Positions 26,600 to 39,866 are shown, numbered from the stretch's first letter. The stretch: 64,000 nt of DNA from Sarea resinae (GCA_026026165.1 JAPEUD010000021.1:186001-250000); one strand, 5' to 3'. Notes: a model not told the origin generated them from the letters alone. Program-made: numbers and translations.

Positions 26600-27605
26600 T
26601 GCGTATCGGCTGGCAATGGTGGGAGAGAATGGAGGCCGACTCAGGCGCGATCAATGGGATGAACGAGCGTGGCTAAGAGCAATCGGTGCAACTTCCATCA
26701 TCAGAGAGCGGCAGGCCGAGTCGGATCAGATGCATCAATGATCGATCGTACGGGCGCCGCTGCCACGACGTACGAGGCTCGGGCTACGGAGGACTGATCG
26801 AGGCATGATGATGTGTGGCGACCGATAGAGACCAGTAGTGCACTGCGTTCCATCACCCAATCTAATCGGGCGAGGAGAAGCGAACTGATACTCGGAAAGG
26901 AACGTCAAAGCCGTAATCTCTTCTGCAGTAGAATGCAGATCAAGATGACTGCTCTCGAGTTCTATGGCCAGATATCTATCATGAGCTGCTTTTACTACCA
27001 GTACGAAGTAGATGCGGTCTAAGTGTCAAGGCCTTGCCTTTCGGAGACGGCGAATCCGATAGGTTAGGTACCTATGTATTATCATCATATCATATCGTAA
27101 TTACCTACAGCGTATACAGTTCGGAACAAGGCTGTGGTGCCCTGCACATCATCATTGAGCCTCTTCACTTGGTCTTGGACGTGGGATGAGAAAGGAAGCA
27201 AAGGAAGCGAAAGAAGCAACGGCACGAATGACTAATGGACTCCAACCCCACCTTTGGAGGAAAGCGACTTGGCTCTCGCGTGCTTTGCCGTGGTGGGTAG
27301 GTCGACACCGGGCGAATACCCGAGAGGACCTGGTAGGGAGTCCATGCCCGAGCTGCCCGGCGTCCAAGTCGCCCCGGAACGGTGTCGAGAGACTTCTCGC
27401 CAAGTAGGTGTCAGTGCCCCATGGTGCCCGCCCACGCCTAGGGTCTCCTTAGCTGTGGTCTTCGTACCGTCGTGGTAAGGTCAGCATTGGAGGAGGTACT
27501 CTACTCTACTGCCCGTCCCCGTTACCTACCTCCAAGGCTACCTACTACTACACAGTAGCTGCCTGCACTTGCCTGCATTTGCCTGCAAGTGCTCCGAATT
27601 GACTC

Positions 27606-27649
27606 GCCTTGCCCTGCCTTGCCTTGCCTTGCCTTGCCTTGCCTTGCCT
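27606..27649 (+). repeat. (GCCTT)n pentanucleotide microsatellite upstream of adenylate cyclase
   Basis: gccttgccctgccttgccttgccttgccttgccttgccttgcct, about 9 units. Confidence 0.9.
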
Positions 27650-27875
27650 GGATGATCCCTTGCGGAGCAGCCCTCGACGTCGATTCCAATCACCATTATG
27701 CTCGCTGCCATAGCTCGTGCCGACGCATCAAACCGCACTCCGAGTAGTTGGTGAAGAGGTCGAGGATCTATGCAGGTCCTCCACCCGATCATCCAACCCT
27801 CCCCATCCAGCCTGCGCGGCCGACCGATTCATCAATTGCCTGCGGTCAATATTCCCCAGTTGCCGCACCGTGGTC

Positions 27876-30800
27876 ATGACGAGAGCGGTCCAGAAGAGAG
27901 AGGATGCACGCAATGGCTCGACTGGGAGCTCTGGTACTGAGAGTTGGCGATCCGACGAGACGCTGCGAGGGAGATCGATGTCCGACCACTCGAAACGGCT
28001 GCCAATACAAGTGAAGGCGGGCAGAAGATCACCACGGTACGTTTGGCTTCACCCGTCCCCTTTCGCAATGCTGCTGCTGCCATTGCCATTGTCGCTTTGG
28101 GACCGTATCTCGTCGGGCAGCCTCGTCTGGAGCTCGTGCGGCTCTCCATGTGAAACGCATCGACCAACTGGATGTCTCTCATGGCCTCTATTGTTTCCAA
28201 GCCCTTCAGATTCCCTCATTGACGAAATACATTGCCGACACCTTCACTTTCACGTCAGACTCAGATCACTTGGACAGTCAGAAGCGTTCCTCGAGACACT
28301 GCAGTGCCCTTTCGCACCTTTGATCTTACCTTCAGGCGGCATACTGACAACATCTTGCGTTCACTATTAGTTTCGAGAGCGACGAACAAATATCGCCCGG
28401 ATCGCCTGCGCCGATATCTTCGTCTTTTTTCTTCCGTTCATCCCCAAGTCAGTCTCCAGCGGGACAATCAAACTCTGGGAGATCGTCTGGCGGGATGGAT
28501 CCCTCACATCCCTCACATGGTGGCGTACCTTTGATCCAACGCAAATCACCTGCCTCTTCAAGCTCCAGAGGACCGGTAGGACCACACCAGTCCGGCAATG
28601 AGTCTTCCACTGTACTTTCGAGTGCTTTCCCAGCCAATCTTTTTACCGACTCCGCCGAAAATCTCACACAGCTTTCGCCGGCGTATCGATCAGATGCAAG
28701 GATCACGGGTACCAGCGGCTCTACCGATGGGACTCAGCCTGATGGGGAGAGACGGCCCTCAGTAGCAAGCGCAAATACGGTCGGAAGTACTGGGTCGAAG
28801 TCGAGTGCCAGCAAAGGATTTCATAGAAAGCTCCATGGCCTTTTCGATGATCTTCCGGGCCGCGATTCCCACAACGGATCCACGAGCAGCTTGTCTCAAG
28901 CCAATGGCAGCGTCAAGGACCTCACTTCTATGGCACGCCAAGATCGTTCTGTGCCTGGGAATATTGGTAGCAATGCGCCAAGTTCGAGCTCGAATGCGGG
29001 TTCCCCCATGCCTTCCCGGCCACGCACACCTCTGCCGTCGAGCGACGTCGTACCATGGATCTTCCAAAACTACGAGGTAAGCTAGCAAACAGTTTATTTG
29101 TACGCTTTTGTCTAGCATGGTCCACCGTTCCGAATTATCATCTCTGAAAATGAGGGTCGGGCTTTAGCTGCTCTATTGAGCATACTGGGTTCTTCGGCTA
29201 TGTCCAGCATAGCAGCTGTGAGAGCTTTTTCTTTTCCATAGTAGGCGAGGCATGGTCTACGCTTGCCGGGTTCATGCATCGCTCTTGCCATTTTGACTAC
29301 GATGTTTTCCTCCAAAATACGCTGCTAACATATATTACTACCTAGGATATCCCTCAATATGGCAATGCACCAGTCAGAGAGGCGCCTTCTGGTCCAGATA
29401 AACAGCGTTATGTCACTGACACCGACGGACAAATCCCCCATTCGCACAGTAAACTACACCTTCCCGGCCATAAGTATCACAAGAGCAAGGAGGCCCCTTC
29501 CTCTGGACAACCCCCAAAAGATGCGAGACCAGCCAATATCTCACGACCAACGATGAGTAGGGAAGATTCTACGGTCAGCTTGCGGCGTTTGAAAGATCAC
29601 ATACCCTCAGCCTTCTCTTCCAAAGTCACATTAGTACCCCGGCAAACAAGCCCGACACCCAGCGACACCAGTAATGTCAGTAGGGATACAATGGTCAACC
29701 AAAAGTCCCCACCCGGGAAGCGCTCGCTCTTTGACAAACTCAAGCGTGGCAGTCGGCATCGGGATGACCGCACCTCTCAAGACTCTCTGAGAAGCCTTAC
29801 CAGTTCTTCTAGGTCGTTACAAGGAACGTCAAAAGCGTCGAAACCCGAAGCTTCGGCGATCAGCACTCCGAGGCATCGAAATGGAAGCCTTACAAAGAAG
29901 GACGGTGGCTTGATATCTCAGACTCCGGAACAAGAGCTCCCGCCAAAGAAAGACTCGGCGGGAAAGGTTTCGTTAGGCTACAACATATTGAAAGCTTCCA
30001 AGCGAGGGCTCAGCTATGAAAATGCTGGTGGCAGAGGCTCCTCTCAAAACGAAGCCGGTGGGTCATCATATAACTCTCTGTGGGATCTTGATACCGATCT
30101 CACCCATATGGAGGGCATCGTAAGCCAGCTGCCACCTCCATCTCCACCCGATGGCGGCATTTTCACTGGAATAGAAGAGCCTCGAAAAGAACCTCGGGAA
30201 GTGCAAGGGGAGACTGGCAATCCTGCTTGGGATGCTCCAGATAGTTGGGCCGTTAGTAAGATTGAAGATGAGATTATGCGCCGCCTGCCAGAAATCGATG
30301 ATGCGGGAGTGCTCGCAAAGTACGAAGACGCTACCGCACCACATTGCATCCGCGTTTTCCGTGTCGATTCAACCTTTGCGACATTATCTGTTGCTCTCAA
30401 CGCGACCGTCACCGAAATTTTGTCAATCCTTGGACGAAAATCGTTCCTTCAGGATGACCTGGGAAATTACCACATCGTTGTGCGAAAGCATGACCTGCAG
30501 CGACAACTTGATCCCGGCGAGAGACCTGTAGCGATACAGAAAAGACTTCTTGAGCAGGCTGGCTACACTGAAGCTGACCATCTGGATGAGATCGGAAGGG
30601 ATGATAACAGCTATCTTTGCCGTTTTACTTTCGTCCCTACGAAGCTGAGTGGCTACTACAGCCTTGAAAAGGACCCTGGCTTTGGCAAGATGCAAAAGTT
30701 CAGCCATGTCGATCTGTCAGGCCGAAACCTCATCACGATTCCAATCACGCTTTATCAGAAGGCGACGGAGATCATCTCCCTCAATCTTTCTCGCAATCTA

Positions 30801-33800
30801 TCTCTTGATGTACCGAAGGACTTCATTCAGGGCTGTATCAATCTGCGAGAGATCAAGTACATGGGCAACGAGGCCTGGCATCTTCCCCCGAGTCTCAGTC
30901 TGGCCAATAGACTGACAGTGCTGGACATTTCCAACAACCGACTCGAGCAAATTGAGCATGCTGATCTGGGAAAGCTCAAGAGCTTGATCAGCATCAAACT
31001 GTCGAACAACAAATTGACTCGTCTTCCTACATATTTTGGACAATTCCAAGCCTTGAGAAATCTTAATCTCTCCTCGAATTATCTGGAGACGTTCCCCGAC
31101 TTTTTGTGCGATCTAAAGTCATTGGTTGATCTAGATATAAGCTTCAATGCCATCTCCAATTTACCGAAGGTGGGACAACTCACTACCCTTGAGAGACTGT
31201 GGGCAACCAATAATCGAATCACCGGCTCGTTTCCGGACAATTTCAAGAATCTCGTGAATCTAAAGGAGGTTGATGTGCGATACAATGGACTTACCAATAT
31301 CGACGTCCTTTCCAAACTGCCTCAGCTGGAACAGCTTATGGTAGGGCACAATTGTGTTTCAGTGTTCGAAGGTAGCTTCGCCAAAATCAGGACGTTGCAT
31401 CTGAATTCCAATCCTGTTACGCGCTTTGAAGTCACCACTCCGGTCTATTCTCTAACGACCCTAAACATCTCCTCTGCGAAACTTGCTCAATTACAAGATG
31501 ACCTTTTCGAGAAGATTCCCAACCTCTCGAAGCTGATTCTGGACAAGAACCATTTTGTCTCCTTGACCCCTCAGATCGGGAAGTTGTTGAAATTGGAACA
31601 TCTGAGCATTGCTAAAAATCAGCTCAGCAGTCTACCGGCTGAGATTGGGTGTCTACAGGAGTTACGCGTCCTAGACCTCCGAGAGAACAATCTGAAGAAG
31701 CTTCCAAGTGAGGTTTGGTGTGCGCTGCGACTAGACACACTGAATGTCTCCTCGAATATCTTGGAAGTCTTCCCGAAGCCAAGCTCTTATCTCCCCGCCA
31801 CGCCTGGGGAGACGGCAAACGCCACTGGCTATCAGTCTGCTGCAGCCACACCTTCACTATCATCGAGCCCAAGTTTTGAAGAGCTTGGCAAGCTTGAAGA
31901 TTTTGGTGCTAGACGACCTAGTCATGCTTCGTCGGGCTTATTAAGTGTGGGGAGCTCTCCTGCCGGTTCTCAGAGGAAGGGGTCTCTAGCTTCCGTATAC
32001 GGTCCAGGCGGCAGAAAAGCGTCTGCGGTTTCAAGAGCGCCCACCGAGGGAACTATGACAGCATCCACGCGAAAAGATTCAAGTTACTCTGCGAGAATCG
32101 CAAACACTTTTGCTTCATCATTACGTCATCTTTTTCTCGCCGACAACAGACTCACGGATGATGTCTTTGATGAGATTGCACTCTTACCAGAGCTGAGGAT
32201 TTTGAATTTGTCATATAATGAACTTTACGACATACCTCAACGTTCCCTTCGACGTTGGCCACATCTCGCAGAGTTATATCTTTCTGGAAACGAACTGACT
32301 AGTTTACCGTCGGATGATTTGGAGGAAGTGAGCTCACTCAAAGTTCTACATATCAATGGCAACAAGTTCCAAGTCCTACCTGCAGAGCTTGGAAAAATTC
32401 ACAAGTTAACCATTCTTGATGTTGGGAGCAATTCATTGAGGTATAACGTCTCTAACTGGCCTTATGACTGGAATTGGAATTGGAACCAAAATCTGAAGTA
32501 CCTCAACTTGTCGGGCAACAAGCGGCTAGAGATTAAGCCGAATCTATCTTACAGTGGAGGTGGAGGGGTCGGCAGCAGAGACGGCAAGGATCTTACAGAC
32601 TTCAATTCGTTGAACAACCTTCGAGTTCTAGGGCTCATGGACGTTACTCTGACAATCCCGTCAGTCCCAGATCAAACCGAAGATCGAAGAGTGCGGACGT
32701 CTGGCTCGTTGGCTGGCTCCATGGCATACGGTATGGCGGACAGTCTTGGTAGAAACGAGCATTTGTCAACCATAGACATGGTGGTACCCAAGTTCCGTAG
32801 TCAAGAGGGAGAGACCTTACTGGGCATGTTTGATGGGCAAGCTTTGTCCAGTGGCGGATCAAAGGTCGCGAAGTTTTTGCACGAGAACTTCATTCCTCAC
32901 TTCACCGAAGAGCTTGGTCGGATCCGCGGTCCTGATGAGACACCGATTGACGCCTTAAGACGGACGTTCTTGGCCCTCGACAAAGACTTGGCAACGACGG
33001 CAAACGAGTCTGTGGATGCTCAAAAGGAGCAACGTGCACCCCAACTCGCTCACCGCGGCTCGAGCGCAGGACAAATCTTAAGTCAAGATGACTTGAACTC
33101 TGGAGCTGTCGCCACAGTGATGTACTTGCAAGGATTAGACCTATATGTCGCAAATGTTGGAGATGCCCAAGCTATGCTCATTCATTCTGACGCCGGTTAT
33201 CGAATCATCACCCGGAAGCACGACCCAGCAGTTCCCAGCGAGCGTCAACGTATTCGAGAAGCTGGTGGCTACGTGTCGCGACATGGGAAACTCAATGATG
33301 TCTTGGACGTCTCGCGTGCTTTTGGATATATTGATATGATGCCTGCCGTCATGGCTGCCCCTGAGGTTTCACGTATAACCATCAAAGAGCAAGATGAGAT
33401 GATCCTGCTCGCATCCAAGGAACTCTGGGAGTACATCACTCCAGATGTCGTCGTTGACGTTGCTCGCCAAGAGCGTGGAGATCTTATGCGTGCGGCACAG
33501 AAGCTCCGTGATCTTGCCATTGCATTTGGCGCTACTGGAAAGATCATGGTCATGATGATTGGTGTCAGTGACTTGAAGAAGAGGGAGCGCAATCGTTTCC
33601 GTGCTCAAAGCTGGGCCATGGGTGCTCTTAGTCCGCCCGACGACCAGTTCTTCTCCGCCAAACAGCGTAAGAGACCTCGGGACGCCGTGGCTGATTCTAC
33701 GCTCGCAAGACTGGACCAAGAAGTCGAGGCTCCCACGGGCGACGTGAGCATGATATTTACGGACATCAAGAACTCTACCCTTCTTTGGGAGACATATCCT

Positions 33801-34936
33801 GTGGCAATGAGGTCCGCAATAAAGATACACAACGCCATTATGCGACGTCAACTCCGGATCATTGGCGGATACGAAGTCAAGACAGAAGGAGATGCCTTTA
33901 TGGTCTCTTTTCCAACCGCCACTTCTGCTTTACTTTGGTGTTTCTCGGTCCAAAGCCACCTCCTAGAAGCGCAGTGGCCGAGTGAAATACTGAACAGCAT
34001 TCATGGGCAAGAAGTGTTGGATTCAGATGGCAATGTCATATTCCGTGGCCTTTCTGTCCGTATGGGTATACATTGGGGCAATCCCGTCTGTGAGCCAGAT
34101 CCAGTCACTACCCGAATGGATTATTTTGGGCCTATGGTCAATCGTGCTTCTCGGATATCGGCTGTAGCGGATGGCGGCCAGATCACTGTCTCATCCGATT
34201 TTATTACTGAGATACAGAGGACGCTCGAGACCTATGCCGAGTCTGACCGTACGGATTCAGGTGGATCTGAAGACTCTATGAATGACGATTTCATGGCGCA
34301 GACCATACGTCGTGACCTACAGTCCCTGAGCAGTCAAGGCTTCGAAGTCAAGGATCTTGGTGAACGCAAATTGAAGGGCCTGGAAAACCCAGAATACGTC
34401 TACCTCATGTATCCACACGCTCTTGCCGGACGCTTGCTCGCACAGCAGCAACAGGCCGACGCCGAAGCGGCTGCTGCATCTACCAGCCCTGGTACAAAGA
34501 CCAGGGACAGTCAGCTCAGCATTGACACGCACAACGTTTGGGACCTCTGGAGCGTCAGTCTTCGGCTCGAGATGATATGCAGTTCTCTCGAATGTCCAGG
34601 GTCATCTGCTCTCAAGCCACCGGAGACGGCAATGCTCGAACGCATGAAGAATCGCGGTGGCGAGGTCACTGATCGTTTCCTGTTGAACTTTGTGGAACAC
34701 CAAGTGTCTCGAATTGAGGTTTGCTCTTTGTGTTTGAATGTCATCGACTCCATCACTAACTTGTCACTTAGACATGCGTTTCTACCCTTGCTATGCGCCA
34801 TTTAGTTCGGCCGTTCCGACCAGGTGCAAACATTCTTGAACAAGCATGCCCTATGGGAGACATTCTTGGAGAGATTACTGCTCGATTGGCCGAAGCTCAA
34901 GCACTCAAAGAGAGTTTCTCACACCTTGAGACATGA
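27876..34936 (+). CDS. CYR1: Adenylate cyclase, 2,134 aa; exons 27876-28036, 28371-29076, 29346-34718, 34772-34936
   Basis: Domain order: G-alpha-binding region (WDLDTDLTHMEGIV, WDAPDSWAV), Ras-association domain (CIRVFRVDSTFATLS), leucine-rich repeats, PP2C-like domain (GMFDG, YVANVGD), class III cyclase (FTDIKNSTLLWE, VKTEGDAFMV, VRMGIHWG, MDYFGPMVNRASRI). Three GT-AG introns all preserve frame. Also called acyA/cyaA/cr-1. The first exon is the least certain. Confidence 0.96.
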
Positions 34937-35903
34937 GACTGATGGTTTGGTAGCTCGAGGATCAGCAAGACATCATGTGGAGCTGGCGTTGTGGTAAGGG
35001 TCTTAAAAACCCAGACTTAGTTTTTCACAGCTCGTCTTCGTTTGGAACCATCAATGTTGTGTGAAGGCGTTAGGAAGGACACATTGGGCGGAAGGATTTT
35101 CATATCACGGCGTTGCCATTGGAGTAGAGAGTTGACACCACCAGGACTTCAAGTGCTCATGACTTTGACGCGGCCATGAGGGTCGATAAGTTCAGGCGGC
35201 ATCCTTGGTCTAGTCTACATTTTCGTGTACTTTTACTTTAGCCTCGCGGTCGCCAGCTCGGCTTTGAAGTGGCGGTCAGTCAGGTAGGCCACACGGTAGT
35301 ATTTAGTTAGAAGACAAGAAGATCGAAAAGACTTCCAACGTTCACAAGACAGCCGCTGATGGTCTTCTCTGCATTTCTTATAAGGAGGTTTGTTTTGATG
35401 AGTGGGCGATTCTTCGCTGTTGCCTAAAACGGACAAGTCTCTCGTCCCCGCCTGTTGTTCGGTGCGACCGGTTTAGGCGATTTCGCCGCCGTGTGTCTGT
35501 CAGCTTGTTGACATCACGCCTGATCTGTCGCACTTCCAACTCAACCAACTACTGCCAGTCTACCGCTACTACGACAACCTTCCCACCTAAGGTGACTGCC
35601 AACTGCCAACTGCCTATTATCATCTCATCCATCCATCCATCCCGCCATCCTTACTTGCTTCTGTTCATCGATCCATCTATCTCGTCATACTTTTCTTCCA
35701 TGCTACCACCCCCATCATCATACGTCGCTGGATCATCGACTGAGTAATCCTAACGTCTTCCATCGTCGCAAAGATCACTGGGGTCGCGAATCGCAATCTG
35801 CAAATAGCCGTGTGGCCTGCGAACGGGGCGATACATTCTGCTATATCAGAGACGGCCTCCGCACAACCGAAGACGGCTCTCGATCTCTTCTTGGGCCATC
35901 GTC

Positions 35904-38162
35904 ATGTCTTCACCAGACGAAGAGCTGGTGTATCTGTCCGAAGATTTCGATCCAGCTAGTCTTACTGTCCCACGGTTGCGGTCCATACTTGTCGCGCACA
36001 ATGTTCCTTATCCATCGTCAGCTAAGAAGGCCGATCTGATCGACATATTCACAAGCAGTGTCGTACCGCAATCACGACGCATCATATCTCGATCACGTTC
36101 GAAGCGCACCAGCAAAGGCATCACTGATGTCCCTTCTAGTCAAGAAGGTACGGTGAATGGGAACGAAGAAGCTGGTAGTAGCGCAATGCCACCTCCACCA
36201 GTCCCAGAGACTCCTCGTAGGCGGTCACGGAAGAGCGTTCGTGGCTCGGAGGAGACTGGGGGCGAGCAAGCGGCGCCGAGGTCATCGGCCAGAACTCCTG
36301 GTCGCAGAAGCTCCAGCAAGCATGCTAGAGCATCGGATGCTGAAGCTCCAGCTGAGGCCGTACAGAAACGGCCAGCAGTCCGTCGACCAAGGAAGAGTGC
36401 GGTCGAGCCTGCGATCAAGGCTGAAGAGCCGGAGCACGGGCGAGATGATAGCTACTTCAGTACCGACAATCCCTTCCAAAGCGGAAGTTCGCCTCTCTCA
36501 GCTTCAAGGAGTCCAAGTGGTGAAGGTAGGAAGAGTGCTGGCGTTGGTGGTGCTAGAGATGGACAACGGAGAAAGAGTGGCGCGGTGAGGCGAAGGACCG
36601 AGGAACCCCGCTTAGCAACACCAATCAAACAAGAAGATGGTGCTGTCGTACCAAGCTCGAGAAGATTCGAATTCCCCGTCTCCAGGGTCAAAAAGCAAGA
36701 AGAAGATGCCGATGGAATCGAGGCTGGAGAGGAATTTACACCGGAAGAGCAGTTGGAACTGGTTAGGGAACGAGCGAGGAACGGAGAAACGGATATTCTT
36801 CCCCCTAGGAGAAGGCAACGACCGCAAAGAGGCGGCATTAGCAAGTCCGCACCTTGGGTTGTGCTTTTGACCCTGTTAGGCGGTTACGCGACCTGGTTTC
36901 GGCGGGAGAAACTCGAAATCGGATACTGCGGAGTTGGAAGACCTGAAACGGCACTGTCCAATGTGCAAATCCCAGAGTGGGCGAGCGTGCTTCAGCCTCA
37001 ATGCGAGCCTTGTCCACAACATGCCTACTGCTACGCCGGATTGGAGACCCGATGCGAGCCTGATTTTGTGCTCACGCCGCATCCGCTGTCTTTGGGCGGT
37101 CTTGTTCCTCTGCCTCCGACGTGTGAGCCTGATGGCGAGAAAGCGAGACGCGTCAAGGCGGTAGCCGATAGGGCCGTTGAAGAGTTGAGAGAGAGGAGAG
37201 CTAAGTGGGAGTGTGGTGATCTGGTAGACGAATCGGGCAAGGAGACCCCGGCCGTTGAGATAGACGAAGAGGGGCTCAAAGAAGAGGTCGGCAAGAAACG
37301 GAGACGAGGACTCAGCCAAGATGAATTCGAGGAGCTCTGGAAAGGTGCAGTAGGAGAAATGTTGGGCCGGGAAGAGGTCGTCAGCGAGGTAGACGGGTAA
37401 GTCGATAATCTCACTCATGCACACATCTCACTACGTTTTCCAAATACTTTGTCATCTCTTTCCAAGTCTTCTAAAAGCACATGAAGTTTCTGACTCTCCC
37501 GGCCGTGCCATCCAACTAATCAGATTCGTCGTCCCCTCCACAGACGCAAAGGCCACGGTCATCGAACCTTCACTTCCACCTCACTCGCGCGCCTCTCCCT
37601 CGCCTGTTCCCTCCGACGATCCGCCCGCCAAGCGCTGGCGCGATATCGAATCCAGCTTGGAGGTCTAGTGGCCCTCGCCCTGCTCGCCGCCTCGGCTCAA
37701 TACCAGCTTTCCTCGCTTCGCAATGTCAACAAGCGCGTACCGGATCTCGTGTCCCTGACGCTAGATCGATTGGCGCATCAGGCGGCAGCTCATGCGGCGG
37801 ATCCCCGGGGGGTGCCGGAGGCCTGGATCAGTGTCGCGCAGCTCCGAGATGATGTTCTCCGGGATGAGTTCTCTGCCGCCAGGAGGGAAAAGCTGTGGAG
37901 CAGGGTCAGGCGCGTCGTGGAGTGTAATGCGAATGTCAGGGCTAGTGTCCGCGAGGGCAGAGGAGGGGACGTGGGGAGGGTTTGGGAGTGGATTGGAAGT
38001 GTGGGAGCATTGGAGGATGGGAGGAGGGAAGGCGGGAGAGTCAGCTTTGGAGGGAACCTTACCCCCGGGACAGGAGAGAGGGCCCTGAATAGCCCGGCTG
38101 TCGGGACACCAACGGAAATGGTGCAGCAGGGGAAATGGGAGGAGGGCCGACCGATCTATTGA
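35904..38162 (+). CDS. SRC1: Inner nuclear membrane LEM/HeH-Man1 protein Src1/Heh1, 703 aa; exons 35904-37396, 37544-38162
   Basis: HeH motif FDPASLTVPRLRSILVAHNVPYPSSAKKADLI, FSTDNPFQSG, TM1 APWVVLLTLLGGYATWF, luminal CEPCPQHAYC..C, TM2 IQLGGLVALALLAASA, MSC domain QLRDDVLRDEFS..LWSRVRRVVECNANVR..VWEWIG; intron GTAAGT 37397 to CTAAT..CCACAG 37543. Confidence 0.93.
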
Positions 38163-38736
38163 CTATTTTCCTTTCTTGTACCCTACCCTTTTACCTTTTG
38201 CGTTTTCCGTTTGATGGTCGGGATAGGAGTCATGGTCCTGTACTTAAGTTCTTCTCGTTTGATCGATTGCTCGTTCCATTCGAGTATAATATCCTAATAC
38301 TTTACGCCATGCTTTTGGATCGTTGTCATCCTTCAAGCTCCTCCTGTCATCTCACGCACGGCACCATGGTAGGATCCGAAGACGCATAGACTAACTTGAA
38401 GCTTAAGTGGAGTCGCTTTGTCAAAGTTCCCGCAAGCGCGAAGCCCTACGCCGCCGCCGCTTCGGCTTCAACGGTACTCTATGAGGTAATCAAGCGTGAT
38501 AGGTAATCAACACGAGAAAGTCTTATACAGCAACACGGCAACAATTGTAATCATGGCTTCATTCTTGCTAGCCAATCTCGCTGGGGACCGTGCAACTAAC
38601 ATATAAGACACCCGCTCCTGGCCCCGTAAGGTTATATCGAGCCCTTGTCTTGCATCTTGAGACGCTGCATCGTCAGTTTCATCGTCATCGTCATCGCCAT
38701 CGCCATCGCCATCGCCGACTTCCAAAAATCGTCATC

Positions 38737-39678
38737 ATGCTCGCCCTCACCGCCACGACCGGCAAGATCGGCGGCGCCGTCCTCTCCGCCCTCCTCACCC
38801 ACAAGCTCATCCCCGCGAACGAAGTCGTCATATGCACGTCGTCCGACCCGGACTCGGAGCGCTGGACCGCCCTCAAAGCGCAAGGCGGCCGCGTGCGGCA
38901 CGCGAACTTTGCCGACCCGGCCTCGATGCGCGCCGCCTTCGCGGGCTGCGCCAAGCTCCTCCTCGTCTCGTCGCCGGACATCACGCTCGACTTCTTCGAC
39001 GCGCCCGCCGGCCACGGCCGCGAGAAACACCACATCGCGGCCATCGAAGCCGCGCGGGCCGCGGGCGTCGCGCACATCTTCTACACGTCTCTGGCGTTCG
39101 GGGCGCCGGCGTCGGCGGCGGGCGTCATGCGCGCGCACCTGCGCACCGAGGCGCACTTGCGCCAGATGAAGGGCACGGCGTTCACCATTATTCGCGAGGG
39201 CTTGTATAATGAGTCGTGGCCGCTGTATCTGGGGTATTACTATGATTTCCAGGGCGACGACAGGAGGGAGATCGTGGTCGCGGGCGATGGGCCGGTCAGC
39301 TGGACCGCCGTGGCCGATCTGGGATATGCGACGGCGCTCGTGCTGGTGGATACGGCGGGGCGGTATGAGGGCGCGGCGTTCTATCTGTCTGCGCCGACGA
39401 CGCGCACGCTGGCGGATATCGCGCAGGTGGTGGCGGCGGCGAAGGGGTATGAGGTCAAAATCAAAGAGGTGGACAGGGACGAGTATTGTCGGCATTATGT
39501 CGAGGAGAAGGGCAGGGATAAGGACGCGGTCGAGTGGTGGGCGTCGACGTATGAGGCGCTGAGGAAGGGGGAGTGTAAGGTTCGGGATAGCACGTTGAGC
39601 AATCTGTTGGTGAGCCGGGGCGTGAGGCTGAAGCCGGTCGAGGAGACGGTCAGGGAGATGCTGTTGGCTGGGGAGTGA
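38737..39678 (+). CDS. NmrA-like / atypical SDR NAD(P)-binding oxidoreductase (QorB/YtfG-like), 313 aa, intronless
   Basis: Rossmann start LALTATTGKIGG, ANFADPASMRAAFAGCAKLLLVSS, AIEAARAAGVAHIFYTSL, HLRTEAHL, TIIREGLYNE, GDGPVSWTAVADLGYATA; ATG in ATCATG context. Confidence 0.88.
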   Translation: MLALTATTGKIGGAVLSALLTHKLIPANEVVICTSSDPDSERWTALKAQGGRVRHANFADPASMRAAFAGCAKLLLVSSPDITLDFFDAPAGHGREKHHIAAIEAARAAGVAHIFYTSLAFGAPASAAGVMRAHLRTEAHLRQMKGTAFTIIREGLYNESWPLYLGYYYDFQGDDRREIVVAGDGPVSWTAVADLGYATALVLVDTAGRYEGAAFYLSAPTTRTLADIAQVVAAAKGYEVKIKEVDRDEYCRHYVEEKGRDKDAVEWWASTYEALRKGECKVRDSTLSNLLVSRGVRLKPVEETVREMLLAGE

Positions 39679-39814
39679 GTGGGTGAGTGAGTGAGTGATT
39701 GATGTCCATACACAAAATAATATAAATACTCCACCCTCTTATCCCCCCCTTCTCAAACCCATCGACCGAGCGATGTCTTTTCTTGCCTTCTCTTACTATC
39801 GATAAGATGCAGGC

Positions 39815-39819
<5 letters not shown>

Positions 39820-39863
<44 letters not shown>
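39820..39863 (+). repeat. (AG)n microsatellite, ~22 units
   Basis: Uninterrupted agagag run; a shorter one lies near 39938-39959. Confidence 0.95.

Positions 39864-39866
<3 letters not shown>

Noticed and set aside
38590..38736. His-Arg repeat N-terminal extension of the NmrA-like ORF
   Set aside because: Produced by a (CATCGC)n microsatellite and a non-ATG start; the Rossmann fold begins at ATG 38737.
38632..39495. 287-aa antisense ORF over the NmrA-like gene
   Set aside because: Antisense shadow of a high-GC gene.
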